Counted from the first letter of the stretch, positions 27,045 to 37,401 are shown. The stretch is DNA of 64,000 nt from Minisyncoccota bacterium (GCA_036169735.1 JAVHNX010000033.1:27827-91826), one strand, 5' to 3'. Made by a program: numbers and translations. The notes: generated by a model from the sequence alone, not told the origin.

Positions 27045-27792
27045 TGAAATTTTAGAAGATTCATATACCGTTAAAACACCAGGTTTTGAAGGACCTTTTG
27101 GCTTACTTTTAAGTCTTGTTGAAGCACGTAAACTTTTCATAAATGAAATTTCTTTGTCTAAAGTTACCGAAGATTATATTCAATATATGAATAAATTGGG
27201 TGGATTGACTCCGACTGAGATTTCCAATTTTATTATTGTCGCTGCAACTTTGATTCTTATTAAATCTAAGTCATTGTTGCCAAATTTAAACCTTACTTCT
27301 GAAGAAGTAAGTGATATTTCTAAGTTAGAAGACAGACTCCGTTTATATGGAGTATATATGAAACTTTCTGAAAATGTAAAAAACATGTTTGGAAAAAAAA
27401 TAATTTTCGCCCCACTAGAAAGGAAAAATGAAACTCTAGTATTTTTACCTGATAACCAGATTACAAAAGAAAGTATGATGCAGTTTGCTCGTGATTCTTT
27501 GGTTCGAGTTCCAAAGAAAGTCTTTTTACCGGAGGTTGAAATAAAGAAGGTTATGAGTATTGATGAAATGATAGATAAGCTGACAGAAAGAATTCAGAGT
27601 TCCATAAAAATGAACTTTAGAGAATTTGCTGGTGCAGCAGAGACCCGAGAAGAAAAGATTGTTGTAATTGTTGGATTTCTTGCTATGCTTGAATTAGTCC
27701 GAGGAGGAATCTTAAATGCCATACAAGAAAATAATTTTGAGGATATAATGATTGAAAAACAAGTTTTAATAATTAACGAAGATTTTGTATAA
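27037..27792 (+). CDS. scpA: Segregation and condensation protein A
   Basis: 251 aa. ScpA kleisin N-terminus (GPFGLLLSLV). Adjacent to scpB. Confidence 0.8.
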   Translation: MDNEILEDSYTVKTPGFEGPFGLLLSLVEARKLFINEISLSKVTEDYIQYMNKLGGLTPTEISNFIIVAATLILIKSKSLLPNLNLTSEEVSDISKLEDRLRLYGVYMKLSENVKNMFGKKIIFAPLERKNETLVFLPDNQITKESMMQFARDSLVRVPKKVFLPEVEIKKVMSIDEMIDKLTERIQSSIKMNFREFAGAAETREEKIVVIVGFLAMLELVRGGILNAIQENNFEDIMIEKQVLIINEDFV

Positions 27793-27796
27793 AAAC

Positions 27797-28354
27797 ATGG
27801 ATTTAGAAACAAAAATCGAAGCTATACTTTTTTGGAAAGGAGAACCAGTCTCTGTTGATAAACTCGTTGATCTTTTAAAAGTTTCAAAGGATGAAATCAA
27901 TTCTGCTGTAGTGTCTCTTACTGAGAAATTAGTTGGTAGAGGTATCGTTTTGTTGGCGCGAGAAGGGGAATTGACTCTTGGTACTAATCCAGAACTCTCT
28001 GATCTAATAGAAGGTATGCAAAAAGATGAGTTAAATAAAGACCTTTCAAGGTCGAGTCTAGAAACACTCTCAATCGTACTTTACAAAAATGGAGTAAGTC
28101 GAGCTGAAATCGATTATATCAGAGGGGTAAATTCTAGTTTTATTTTACGTGCACTGTCTGTTCGAGGATTGGTTGAAAAAACTGTTGATGAAAATGATAA
28201 TAGGCGTTTTATTTATAAACCAACACTTGAGTTGTTGTCATTTATGGGTGTAACTTCTCCAAAAGACTTGCCTGATTATGGCGATATAAATATTTCAATT
28301 GAAGCTGCTGCAAAAAATCTAGCAGAAGAGTTAAAAAATGAAACAGGAGTATAA
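27797..28354 (+). CDS. scpB: Segregation and condensation protein B
   Basis: 184 aa. Two winged-helix repeats (EAILFWKGEPVSV ...). Start placed at the ATG after the scpA stop. Confidence 0.8.
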   Translation: MDLETKIEAILFWKGEPVSVDKLVDLLKVSKDEINSAVVSLTEKLVGRGIVLLAREGELTLGTNPELSDLIEGMQKDELNKDLSRSSLETLSIVLYKNGVSRAEIDYIRGVNSSFILRALSVRGLVEKTVDENDNRRFIYKPTLELLSFMGVTSPKDLPDYGDINISIEAAAKNLAEELKNETGV

Positions 28355-29237
28355 AAATAACAATCTTTTATATTTTGTTTTAATCATGATTGCCTTAGAG
28401 GCAATTTTGTTTTCTATTGGAAATTTTAAATTGAATACCGTTCTTTTAAAAGAAGAAAACAGAATTATAAATATTCAAAATAAATTTGCTGGTATTTCTG
28501 TTCAAGCAAAAGCATTTTCTGTGTATAATATAAATACAGGTCTTGAGATATATGGTAGAAATCAAAATATATCACTTCCTCTTGCTTCTCTAGCAAAAAC
28601 AATGACTGTTATAGTGTCACTTGCTAATCATGAGCCAGGTTCTATTATATTAATATCTCCTGATGCTATACGCCAGGCTGGGGATTATGGATTTTTTACT
28701 AATGAGAAATGGAAAATAGAAGATCTTGCAAAATTTACTTTAATTGGTTCAGCCAATGATGGAGCTTATGCTCTTTCTGGAAATAATAATGATTTTATAG
28801 AAGAGATGAACAAAAAAGCAAAAAAAATTGGTATGGAAAATACTTTATTTTTAAATCCAACTGGGCTTGATATTGTTGGTGTAGAAGTAGGCTCACCTGC
28901 AAAAGTAGGGGCTTATGCATCTGCGTTTGATGCAAACATAATGGCTGCATATGCCCTAAAGATACGCCCCAATATTTTTAGCTCAACAGTGTTGCCAGAA
29001 ATTAATTTAAAATCTGAATCAGGTTATAGTCATAATATTAAAAATACAGATATTGTTTTACATAAGATTCCAAATTTACGTTTTTCTAAAACTGGTTATA
29101 CAAATCTGACTGGAGGTAATTTAACGATTATCTTTGAAGATAAAAGTGGTCATGAAATAGCGATAACAGTCCTGGGCTCTACAATAGAAGGTCGTTTTTC
29201 AGATATGGAAAAATTAGTAAATGTATTATACTTGTAA
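28338..29237 (+). CDS. Serine-type D-Ala-D-Ala carboxypeptidase (PBP5-like)
   Basis: 299 aa. N-terminal TM. SLAK (SxxK), SAND (SxN) and KTG-like motifs. Confidence 0.7.
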   Translation: MKQEYKNNNLLYFVLIMIALEAILFSIGNFKLNTVLLKEENRIINIQNKFAGISVQAKAFSVYNINTGLEIYGRNQNISLPLASLAKTMTVIVSLANHEPGSIILISPDAIRQAGDYGFFTNEKWKIEDLAKFTLIGSANDGAYALSGNNNDFIEEMNKKAKKIGMENTLFLNPTGLDIVGVEVGSPAKVGAYASAFDANIMAAYALKIRPNIFSSTVLPEINLKSESGYSHNIKNTDIVLHKIPNLRFSKTGYTNLTGGNLTIIFEDKSGHEIAITVLGSTIEGRFSDMEKLVNVLYL

Positions 29238-29239
29238 AT

Positions 29240-30292
29240 ATGTTACCAAATTTAGTTAAAATTTTCTTACCGACAGCCTTGTCCTTTTTCCTGGGTATTT
29301 TAATCACACCAATAGCCACACATTTTTTCTATAAGTATAAAATGTGGAAAAGATATTCAAGAGAATTGGATATTACAAATAGTGATTTTAAAAAAATACA
29401 TAATGAGGACAATGAATTAAAAACTCCAAGAGTAGGTGGTATCGTTATTTGGGTATCTGTCCTAATAGTGACTCTTTCCTTTTATCTTATTTCAATAATT
29501 TTTCCTTCAGATAATATGATTAAACTTAATTTTTTAAGCCGTAATCAAACGTTAATTCCGCTGCTGACTTTATTTTTAGGATCTTTGATTGGTCTTATTG
29601 ATGATCTTATTCAAATATATGGTACTGGTAAAATATCACGCGACGATAAATCTTGGCGTAAAATAAAAGCTTTACTTGTCGGCTTACTTTCTCTAGTTGT
29701 TGCAATATGGTTCTTCTACAAGCTTGGAATGCATTCTATTCATATTCCATTTGATGGCTTTTGGGAGCTTGGTTTTTTCTTTATCCCTTTCTTTATAATC
29801 GTATCCCTAGCTACTTTTTCTGGTGGTGTGATAGATGGTATCGACGGACTCTCTGGAGGTGTATTAGCATCAATTTTTGCAGCCTACGGAGCCATTGCAT
29901 TCGCAAATCATCAAATAGACTTAGCTGCTTTTTCAGGAGCAGTAACCGGAGCAATATTAGCTTTTCTTTGGTTTAACATTCCACCAGCTAGATTTTATAT
30001 GGGTGAGACGGGTATTATGGGACTTACAATAACTTTGGCGACATTAGCATTTTTAACTGATTCAGTTTTAGTTCTTCCAGTGGTTGCTCTACCACTCGTT
30101 TTAACCTCACTCTCAGTTATTTTACAAATTTCTTATAAAAAATTTACTGGAGGTAAAAGATTATTTAGACTCGCACCGATACATCACCATTTTGAGGCTA
30201 TTGGTTGGCCTTCCTATAAGGTTACTATGCGTTTTTGGATTTTGTCTGTTGTGTTTGCGATTATAGGAATAATTTTAGCAATTATTAGCTGA
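29240..30292 (+). CDS. mraY: Phospho-N-acetylmuramoyl-pentapeptide transferase
   Basis: 350 aa polytopic. DD...D and IDGIDGL motifs of the MraY/WecA family. Genomic context with ftsW and murG. Confidence 0.8.
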   Translation: MLPNLVKIFLPTALSFFLGILITPIATHFFYKYKMWKRYSRELDITNSDFKKIHNEDNELKTPRVGGIVIWVSVLIVTLSFYLISIIFPSDNMIKLNFLSRNQTLIPLLTLFLGSLIGLIDDLIQIYGTGKISRDDKSWRKIKALLVGLLSLVVAIWFFYKLGMHSIHIPFDGFWELGFFFIPFFIIVSLATFSGGVIDGIDGLSGGVLASIFAAYGAIAFANHQIDLAAFSGAVTGAILAFLWFNIPPARFYMGETGIMGLTITLATLAFLTDSVLVLPVVALPLVLTSLSVILQISYKKFTGGKRLFRLAPIHHHFEAIGWPSYKVTMRFWILSVVFAIIGIILAIIS

Positions 30293-31395
30293 TGAGAGAA
30301 AAAAAACCAGATAGATTTTTTTTAGTAATAGTATTGATATTAATTTCTGCAGGAATGGCTATGTTTATTTCTGCGTCTCTTGGCATTTTTGCTAAAAATA
30401 AAGATATTTTTTATTCAGCACTTTTTAGTCAACTAGTTCTTGGCTTTGGCTTAGGACTTGTTGGAATGTATTTTTCTTACAAGATTGATTATAAATTTTG
30501 GAGAAAATATTCTTTTTATGTTTTTTTAGGCTCAGCAGTATTAACTGCCTTGGTTTTTGTACCGCATTTGGGTTGGAGTCACGGAGGAGCTACTAGATGG
30601 ATTGAACTTGGACCCGTTAGATTTCAACCTGCAGAACTATTAAAATTTGGATTTATAATATATTTAGCGGCATGGTTATCTTGGGCAAAAAGTAGAGTAC
30701 AAGATTTTAAATTTGGAATTTTACCGTTGTTCGTAATGATTGGATTTATCGCCTTAATTTTATTAAAACAACCTGATACTAAAAGTTTGATTTTAATTAT
30801 TGGGACTGGAGCTTCGATGCTCTTTATTTCTGGTGTTCCTTATAAATATATTTTGGGAACAATTGCTGTAGCAGCAGTCTTATTTGGTTTTCTTGTTGCT
30901 TTTACCCCTTATCTAAAAGATCGCGTTAATACTTTCCTAGACCCTTCGCAAGATCCTCGCGGGACTTCTTATCAACTCCAACAATCACTCATTGCTATTG
31001 GCTCTGGTGGAATATTTGGACGAGGATATGGCCAGAGTATTCAAAAATTTAGTTATTTGCCTGAACCGCAAGGGGATTCAATTTTCGCTGTTTTAGGTGA
31101 AGAGTTAGGTTTCATCGGAACTGTTGCGATGGTTTTACTTTATTCTTTTTTTGCCTTACGGGGAATGCGTATTGCCAATAATTCTCCAGATTTATTCAGT
31201 AGACTTTTGGTCTCTGGAATTGTTATACTGATTACAGCCCAGTCGTTTATGAACATTGCCTCTATTATTGGAGTTTTTCCTTTGACTGGTGTTCCGTTAC
31301 CTTTTATGAGTCAGGGAGGTACCTCACTCATGATTTACCTCGTTGCAACAGGTATCGTGCTTCAAATATCAAAGTTTCAGCAACAGAGTGCTTAA
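30292..31395 (+). CDS. ftsW: SEDS-family peptidoglycan polymerase FtsW/RodA
   Basis: 367 aa with about 10 TM helices. Conserved C-terminal PLPFMSQGGTSL. Confidence 0.8.
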   Translation: MREKKPDRFFLVIVLILISAGMAMFISASLGIFAKNKDIFYSALFSQLVLGFGLGLVGMYFSYKIDYKFWRKYSFYVFLGSAVLTALVFVPHLGWSHGGATRWIELGPVRFQPAELLKFGFIIYLAAWLSWAKSRVQDFKFGILPLFVMIGFIALILLKQPDTKSLILIIGTGASMLFISGVPYKYILGTIAVAAVLFGFLVAFTPYLKDRVNTFLDPSQDPRGTSYQLQQSLIAIGSGGIFGRGYGQSIQKFSYLPEPQGDSIFAVLGEELGFIGTVAMVLLYSFFALRGMRIANNSPDLFSRLLVSGIVILITAQSFMNIASIIGVFPLTGVPLPFMSQGGTSLMIYLVATGIVLQISKFQQQSA

Positions 31396-31426
31396 ATAAG
31401 TTATAAAATAAAAGAATAAAAAGATA

Positions 31427-32557
31427 ATGAAAATAGTTTTTACAGGAGGAGGGACAGGCGGACATTTTTATCCGATTATTGCCGTCTCTCAAAAAGTTAA
31501 CAAAATAATAGATAATGAAAAAATAATCGGAGCAAAGCTTTATTATTTTTCTGATAGTCCATATGACAAGGAAGCTCTTTTTGAAAATGGACTTGCTTTC
31601 GAAGAAGTAAGAGCCGGAAAAGTCCGTACATATTTTTCTTTCAAAAATTTTACTGATATTTTTAAAATGTTTTTTGGTGTGATAAATGCAATTTTTAAAA
31701 TATATTCTATTTATCCAGATGTTGTTTTTGGTAAAGGCGGTTATGCATCATTTCCGGCTATCTTAGCTGCCAGAATTTTAGGTATACCTGTTGTGATTCA
31801 TGAATCAGATTCTGCTCCTGGACGTGTAAATAAATGGGCCGGACGTTTTGCTAAAAAAGTAGCAGTTTCTTTTATTGAGGCAGCAGAATATTTTCCAAAG
31901 GATGTCGTTGCTTGGACTGGTCAGCCAATCCGAGTCGAAATAGAACATCCAGCTTTACGCGAAGATGCTCTTGATTATTTCAAACTAGAATCAGAACTAC
32001 CCGTTATATTAATACTTGGAGGTTCACAAGGAGCTGAACTTATAAACAACACTGTGCTTGATGCATTACCAAGACTTATTAAAAATTACCAAATTATTCA
32101 CCAGACCGGTGTTAGAAATTTCAAAATGGTCACAGGCAGAGCTGAGGTTGTCCTTACAAACAATCGAGATAAATCAAGATATTTACCTTACTCTTTCTTG
32201 AATCCTCTTGCGATGAAAATGGCCGCTGGAGCAGCTACTATTATAGTGTCACGAGCAGGCTCAGGACTTTTTGAAATTGCTTCTTGGGGAATACCATCAA
32301 TTTTAATACCGATAACCAAAACAAATTTAGATCATCAAAAGAAAAATTCCTTTAATTATGCTCGCGCAGGTGCTTGTAGTGTTATCGAAGAAATGAATAT
32401 GACTTCTAATATTTTAAGTTCAGAAATTGAAAGAATAACAGAAGATAAACAAATGTACGATAAAATGGCTGCAAGTGCTCGTGCATTTAACAAACCCGAT
32501 GCGGCAGCTAAAATCGCTCGAGCCCTCGTGGATATTGCTTTGAAACATGAAAAATAA
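31427..32557 (+). CDS. murG: UDP-GlcNAc:lipid I N-acetylglucosaminyltransferase MurG
   Basis: 376 aa. GGGTGGH N-terminal motif. GT28 fold. Confidence 0.85.
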   Translation: MKIVFTGGGTGGHFYPIIAVSQKVNKIIDNEKIIGAKLYYFSDSPYDKEALFENGLAFEEVRAGKVRTYFSFKNFTDIFKMFFGVINAIFKIYSIYPDVVFGKGGYASFPAILAARILGIPVVIHESDSAPGRVNKWAGRFAKKVAVSFIEAAEYFPKDVVAWTGQPIRVEIEHPALREDALDYFKLESELPVILILGGSQGAELINNTVLDALPRLIKNYQIIHQTGVRNFKMVTGRAEVVLTNNRDKSRYLPYSFLNPLAMKMAAGAATIIVSRAGSGLFEIASWGIPSILIPITKTNLDHQKKNSFNYARAGACSVIEEMNMTSNILSSEIERITEDKQMYDKMAASARAFNKPDAAAKIARALVDIALKHEK

Positions 32558-32606
32558 TTTTTAAAAATTTCTTTTCTTAACTACTCAAAAATGTTAAGAT
32601 AAAGAA

Positions 32607-34022
32607 ATGGAAAATAAAGTTGTTACAAGATTTGCCCCTTCACCTACAGGCTTTATGCATGTCGGGGGAGTTCGAACTGCGTTGTATGCTTACCTTTGGG
32701 CTAGGAAAAATAACGGTACTTTTATATTGAGAATTGAAGATACTGACAAGGAAAGGGAAGTCGAAGGTTCTGTTGAACATATCATTAAATCATTAAAATG
32801 GTTGAATATTAATTGGGATGAAGGCCCAGATATTGGTGGACCGCATGCTCCATATTTGCAATCACAAAGACTTGATTCTTACAAAAAATACGCACAAGTT
32901 TTGATTGATAAAGGTTTGGCCTATCCTGATCCTTACACTGAAGAAGAAATTGAACAATTTAGAAATAAAGCTGAGCTAGAAAAGAAACCATTTTTGTACA
33001 GAGAATATCGACCAGAGACTTTTGGTGTTTGGGATGGTACTAGAGCTCTTCGTTTAAAAGTCCCGGAAGTTAAATCATACAAATGGCATGACCTTGTTTA
33101 TGGTGATTTGTCTGCGGGACCAGAAGCGTTGGATGATTTTATTTTAATTAAAGGTGATGGATATCCTACATATAATTTTGCTCACATTATAGATGATTTA
33201 GAAATGGGTGTGACTCATATCATGCGTGGTCAGGAATTTATTTCTTCTACTCCAAAATTTTTATCAGTCTATGATGCGTTAGGAATAACTCCTCCATTAT
33301 TTGCCACGTTGCCTCCTATTATGGGTCCAGATGGAAAGAAAAAATTAGGCAAAAGAGATGGAGCAAAAGATGTTTTGGACTATGGAAAAGAAGGTTACTT
33401 ACCAGAAGCAATGGTTAATTTCTTGGCTCTTTTGGGTTGGAATCCTGGAGATGAGCGTGAAATATTCACTATGCAGGAATTAGTAGATTCTTTTGATATT
33501 TCTCGTATTGGGCATTCTGGTGCACAACTAAACGATGAAAAACTTGATTGGATAAACAAAGAGCATATCAAAAAAATGTCTCTGGAAGATTTACAGAAAA
33601 ATATTTTTGAATGGTTACCAGAAAATATGAGAATACAAAAAATAATTCCAATTATTTCAGAAAGAATTTCGAAATTTTCTGATGTTAAAAAAATGGTAGA
33701 AGCAGGGGAATTGAATTTCTTTTTCAAGCAGCCCGAATATTCAAAAGAAAAATTAGTTTTTAAAAATACCTCACCTGAAAAAATAAATGAGAATTTGAAA
33801 TTAGCAATAAAGGCGTTTGAAGGTATCGATGAAAAAGATTTTACGGCAGAGAACATAAAGGCCTCTTTAATGAAAATAGCTGATACTTTAGAGAGTCGAG
33901 GAGAACTATTGCATCCTATTCGTTATAGTTTGTCAGGGTTAGATAAATCACCAGATCCTTTTATAATAGCTGATATTTTAGGAAAAAATGAAACTTTATC
34001 TCGCCTACAAAAAGCAATTTAA
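32607..34022 (+). CDS. gltX: Glutamyl-tRNA synthetase
   Basis: 471 aa. RFAPSPTGFMHVGG (HIGH region). KLGKR (KMSKS variant). Confidence 0.9.
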   Translation: MENKVVTRFAPSPTGFMHVGGVRTALYAYLWARKNNGTFILRIEDTDKEREVEGSVEHIIKSLKWLNINWDEGPDIGGPHAPYLQSQRLDSYKKYAQVLIDKGLAYPDPYTEEEIEQFRNKAELEKKPFLYREYRPETFGVWDGTRALRLKVPEVKSYKWHDLVYGDLSAGPEALDDFILIKGDGYPTYNFAHIIDDLEMGVTHIMRGQEFISSTPKFLSVYDALGITPPLFATLPPIMGPDGKKKLGKRDGAKDVLDYGKEGYLPEAMVNFLALLGWNPGDEREIFTMQELVDSFDISRIGHSGAQLNDEKLDWINKEHIKKMSLEDLQKNIFEWLPENMRIQKIIPIISERISKFSDVKKMVEAGELNFFFKQPEYSKEKLVFKNTSPEKINENLKLAIKAFEGIDEKDFTAENIKASLMKIADTLESRGELLHPIRYSLSGLDKSPDPFIIADILGKNETLSRLQKAI

Positions 34023-35280
34023 GTTTATTCTAGTTGTTAGTTTGGTTCTTTTACCATTCGTTTTTTCTTATGCTCAAACAGCAGTAGAATTAAATAATAA
34101 AATAAATCAAAAGAACAATGATATTGCGGCACTAGAAAAAGAAATTAAACAATACCAACTACAGTTAGATGACCTAGGAAAACAAAAAAGTTCTTTAAAT
34201 GGTTCTATAAAAGAATTAGATTTAACACGTAAAAAATTGGTTGCCGATATGAATATTACTCAAAATAAAATTGATCAAACAAATTTTAAAATACAAGGTT
34301 TGAGTTTTCAGATTGGTGATAAAGAAGAAATAATACAAAATAATACCGAGGCTATAAAAATTGATATTAGAAAGATAAATGAAATTGAACTTGATTCTAT
34401 TACTGAAAAACTTCTCTCTGAGGTTAAAATTAGTGATGTGTGGAACGATATTGATAATATGGTGACTGTTCGTGATAAAATTAGAAAGAATATTATTGAT
34501 TTGAAACAAGTAAAAACTGAATTAGAGTTTACAAAAAAGAAAACTACTGATGCTAGAAATGAATTGGTCTCTCTTAAAAATGAACTTGCTGACCAGAAAA
34601 AAATTGTAGATCAAAATACAAATGACAAAAAGAAACTTTTGGCACAGACTAAAAATAATGAAACAAACTATCAGAAACTTTTAAAAGATAGGTTGGCTAA
34701 AAAAGATGCGTTCGAAAAAGATTTACGTGATTATGAATCACAACTAAAATATATTCTTGATCCATCAAAACTTCCAGGAAGTGGAGTATTGAGCTGGCCA
34801 CTAGATTATATTTACGTAACTCAATTATTTGGTAAAACTGAGGCTGGTAAACGTCTATATGCCAGTGGTTCACACAATGGAGAAGATTTCCGTGCACCAG
34901 TCGGTACACCTGTGAAAGCTATGGCAGATGGCATTGTGGCAGGAACAGGAGATACTGATTTACAGTGTCCAGGGGTCTCATTTGGGCGTTTTGTGCTTAT
35001 TAGATATGATAATGGACTAGCAAGTACTTTTGGTCATTTTTCCCTTATTAAAGTAAAAACAGGAGAAAGAGTTTCTCGTGGTCAGATAGTTGGTTATAGT
35101 GGAAATACTGGATATTCAACCGGCCCACATTTACATGTCTCTGTTTATGCTCGTGATGCTGTTAATTTACAGACTCTACCAAGTAAGTCTTGCCCTGGTC
35201 ATGTTTTAACTCAACCAATATCTCCAATTAATGCTTATCTTGATCCGTCTTACTATTTACCTCCTTACAAAAAACCATAA
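33988..35280 (+). CDS. M23-family metalloendopeptidase with N-terminal coiled coil (EnvC-like)
   Basis: 430 aa. Signal peptide. Long coiled coil. C-terminal LytM domain (HNGEDF ... HLH). Confidence 0.75.
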   Translation: MKLYLAYKKQFKFILVVSLVLLPFVFSYAQTAVELNNKINQKNNDIAALEKEIKQYQLQLDDLGKQKSSLNGSIKELDLTRKKLVADMNITQNKIDQTNFKIQGLSFQIGDKEEIIQNNTEAIKIDIRKINEIELDSITEKLLSEVKISDVWNDIDNMVTVRDKIRKNIIDLKQVKTELEFTKKKTTDARNELVSLKNELADQKKIVDQNTNDKKKLLAQTKNNETNYQKLLKDRLAKKDAFEKDLRDYESQLKYILDPSKLPGSGVLSWPLDYIYVTQLFGKTEAGKRLYASGSHNGEDFRAPVGTPVKAMADGIVAGTGDTDLQCPGVSFGRFVLIRYDNGLASTFGHFSLIKVKTGERVSRGQIVGYSGNTGYSTGPHLHVSVYARDAVNLQTLPSKSCPGHVLTQPISPINAYLDPSYYLPPYKKP

Positions 35281-35327
35281 ACAATTTTATATTGTTTTGG
35301 TTTAATGATTGGTGGTATAATTAAGGT

Positions 35328-35471
35328 ATGAATATAGAAAATAAAGAAGGAGGATTTTTACGATTAATTATCTTTATTATTGTAGTTGTGTTTTTGATGA
35401 GCTATTTTCATATTACTCTAAGTGGAGCTTATAACTGGTTCGCAACCATGTTTCATAATGTTGTTTCATAA
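35328..35471 (+). CDS. Possible small membrane protein (47 aa)
   Basis: ATG preceded by AAGG. Single TM helix. Sits immediately upstream of the next small gene. Speculative. Confidence 0.2.
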   Translation: MNIENKEGGFLRLIIFIIVVVFLMSYFHITLSGAYNWFATMFHNVVS

Positions 35472-35473
35472 AT

Positions 35474-35821
35474 ATGAAAAACTTAAAAGCTACAAGTATT
35501 TTTGCTAAATCAAACAAAAAAGGAGGAATAAGTATTTTAGGGGTTGTCCTTTTGACAATTGTTCTAATTTTTGTTTTGTCATTTTTTAAGATAAATTTGA
35601 AAGCAGTTGTTGAAAGTCCAGATGCACAAAACAATTTACAGTATGTTGGTTATACAGGCAGAAGTTTATGGAATGATTATCTAGCTAAACCGATAGCAAA
35701 TGTTGTGGGAGATCTTAAACTAAAAACTGTTTGGGACGCCTTTATATCAAATATGCAAAGAATCCACGATGGTCAACCTACTGATTTTCAAAAACTTGCA
35801 CCAACTGTCGATGTAAAGTAA
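35474..35821 (+). CDS. Small secreted/membrane-anchored hypothetical protein
   Basis: 115 aa. N-terminal TM/signal anchor. The 3-prime 42 bp is duplicated downstream. Confidence 0.45.
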   Translation: MKNLKATSIFAKSNKKGGISILGVVLLTIVLIFVLSFFKINLKAVVESPDAQNNLQYVGYTGRSLWNDYLAKPIANVVGDLKLKTVWDAFISNMQRIHDGQPTDFQKLAPTVDVK

Positions 35822-35889
35822 CTGTTGACAACTCTCTACCTGTAAGTTAAAATATAGGTATGAATCGAATAAGTGATCAAAATGGGTGA

Positions 35890-36054
35890 TTCATCCAAGC
35901 GATCATTTCTATCATCATCACGATAGTTTTATTTTACTTTGTTCTAACTGCTAGTTTTTCTAAATATTTTATTGATTCTTTCGTATCAAATATGCAAAGA
36001 ATTCACGATGGTCAACCTACTGATTGGCCTAGCTGCGCCTTCAGTTTTATTTAA
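35890..36054 (+). pseudogene. Start-less gene fragment carrying a 42-bp duplicate (41/42 identical) of the 3-prime end of the 35474..35821 gene
   Basis: Copy at 35984-36025 matches 35745-35786. The open frame has no start codon and ends ...NMQRIHDGQPTDWPSCAFSFI. Confidence 0.3.
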
Positions 36055-36166
36055 GTAATTCTCCTTTATTATAGATACTATGTCGCAAAGATATATTGTG
36101 CGACGTCCCTATAATATAATCCCCTTTGAATATATACTTTAAATATAGAGATTATAAAGAGACCTT

Positions 36167-36610
36167 TTATTTACACGAGCTTGAGAGTTCATACCCACTC
36201 TGTTCAGCCTCAGTTGATGAACTAAAATAAATTCTATTTTCTTCTTTAATGGTTTTTCCTGCAGAGCATCCGATTGAATAATATTTTTGTCCCCTTTTGG
36301 AAGCAAAATAATTTTGAGAGGTTTTTTGTGTGATATTAGAATTGGGAGTTTTAGGTATTGTAGACTCCGTTGATCTTATAACACTAGCTTCTTGGTTTTC
36401 GTATGAAATTTGTATACCAGATGATGAGTTACCTTTAGATAGTCTACCTATTCCAAATGAGCCTAAACCTACTAAAATAACGATAATAACCGTCAAAATA
36501 TCCTTTCCTTTGTCGCTTTCTATAAAATACTTGATTTTTTCCATAGAATTGTTTATACTTGATTTACATTTCTTATAGAAGAATTTTAGCATTAAATAAC
36601 ATAAAAGCAA
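36167..36610 (-). CDS. Membrane-anchored hypothetical protein with a C-terminal degenerate Ada-like Cys motif
   Basis: 147 aa. TM helix. C-terminal YYSIGC...[19 protein letters not shown]...SCK resembles the Ada N-terminal metal-binding fold but has only two Cys. Confidence 0.4.
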   Translation of the reverse strand: MLLCYLMLKFFYKKCKSSINNSMEKIKYFIESDKGKDILTVIIVILVGLGSFGIGRLSKGNSSSGIQISYENQEASVIRSTESTIPKTPNSNITQKTSQNYFASKRGQKYYSIGCSAGKTIKEENRIYFSSSTEAEQSGYELSSSCK

Positions 36611-36614
36611 TTAT

Positions 36615-36890
36615 ATGGCACATAGAAAAGCCGGCGGAACCGCCAAAAATTTAAGAGACTCAAACCCACAATACTTAGGTACTAAACTTGCTGATGGTCA
36701 GAAGGCTCAGCCTGGTTCTATTATTATCCGCCAGAGAGGTACAGCTATCATGGCTGGTACTAATGTCGGTATTGGTAAGGATCATACCCTTTTTGCTCTA
36801 AAGACTGGTACAGTCAAATTTGGATCTAAACGAAAGACATCCTTCAATGGTAAAACTGTTGTAAAAAAAGTTGTAAACATAGTCTTGTAA
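36615..36890 (+). CDS. rpmA: 50S ribosomal protein L27
   Basis: [12 protein letters not shown]... is the canonical bL27 N-terminus. 91 aa. Confidence 0.9.
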   Translation: MAHRKAGGTAKNLRDSNPQYLGTKLADGQKAQPGSIIIRQRGTAIMAGTNVGIGKDHTLFALKTGTVKFGSKRKTSFNGKTVVKKVVNIVL

Positions 36891-36902
36891 ATATTAAATA
36901 AA

Positions 36903-36931
36903 AAAATTCCCCTTTCGGGGAATTTTTTTAT
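36903..36931. terminator. Bidirectional terminator between rpmA and rplI
   Basis: AAATTCCCC-TTTC-GGGGAATTT with T-runs on both strands. Confidence 0.7.
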
Positions 36932-37374
36932 TATAATTTTTCGATGATAAGCTTAAAAGAAGATTTTTTACCCTTTATCTGAATAGGGATTTCGAACTCC
37001 CCTATTTCTTTAATTGGTTTTTCCAGGATAATAAATTCTTCATTTATTTCAGCGCGATGTTCTATTCTCATTGCTTCTGCAATTTCTTTTTTATGAATTG
37101 CAGAGAAGAGATTTCCTTTTTCATTCGATTTACCTTTTATAGTAATTACTTTTCCTTTTATTTCTTCAAGATTTTTCTCTAAGAGTTCCTCTTGAATCTC
37201 CCTTTCAACTATAATCTCTTTTTTACGCTTTTCAAGTTCAAGTACTGCTTTTGGTGTCGCGATGACTGCAAGTTTCCTAGGTAATAAGAAATTTGCAGCA
37301 TAACCATCATTTACCTCTTTTATGTCGTGTCTTTTTCCAACTTTCGGAACATCACTCAATAGAATTACTTTCAT
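36931..37374 (-). CDS. rplI: 50S ribosomal protein L9
   Basis: MKVILLSDVPKVGKRHDIKEV... matches the bL9 N-domain. 147 aa. Confidence 0.85.
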   Translation of the reverse strand: MKVILLSDVPKVGKRHDIKEVNDGYAANFLLPRKLAVIATPKAVLELEKRKKEIIVEREIQEELLEKNLEEIKGKVITIKGKSNEKGNLFSAIHKKEIAEAMRIEHRAEINEEFIILEKPIKEIGEFEIPIQIKGKKSSFKLIIEKL

Positions 37375-37401
37375 TTTTTTTATTTCGTTTATTTAGTAAT
37401 A

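Noticed and set aside
35413-35634. 73-aa minus-strand ORF overlapping the start of the 35474 gene
   Set aside because: Antisense to two better-supported small plus-strand genes. No supporting signals.
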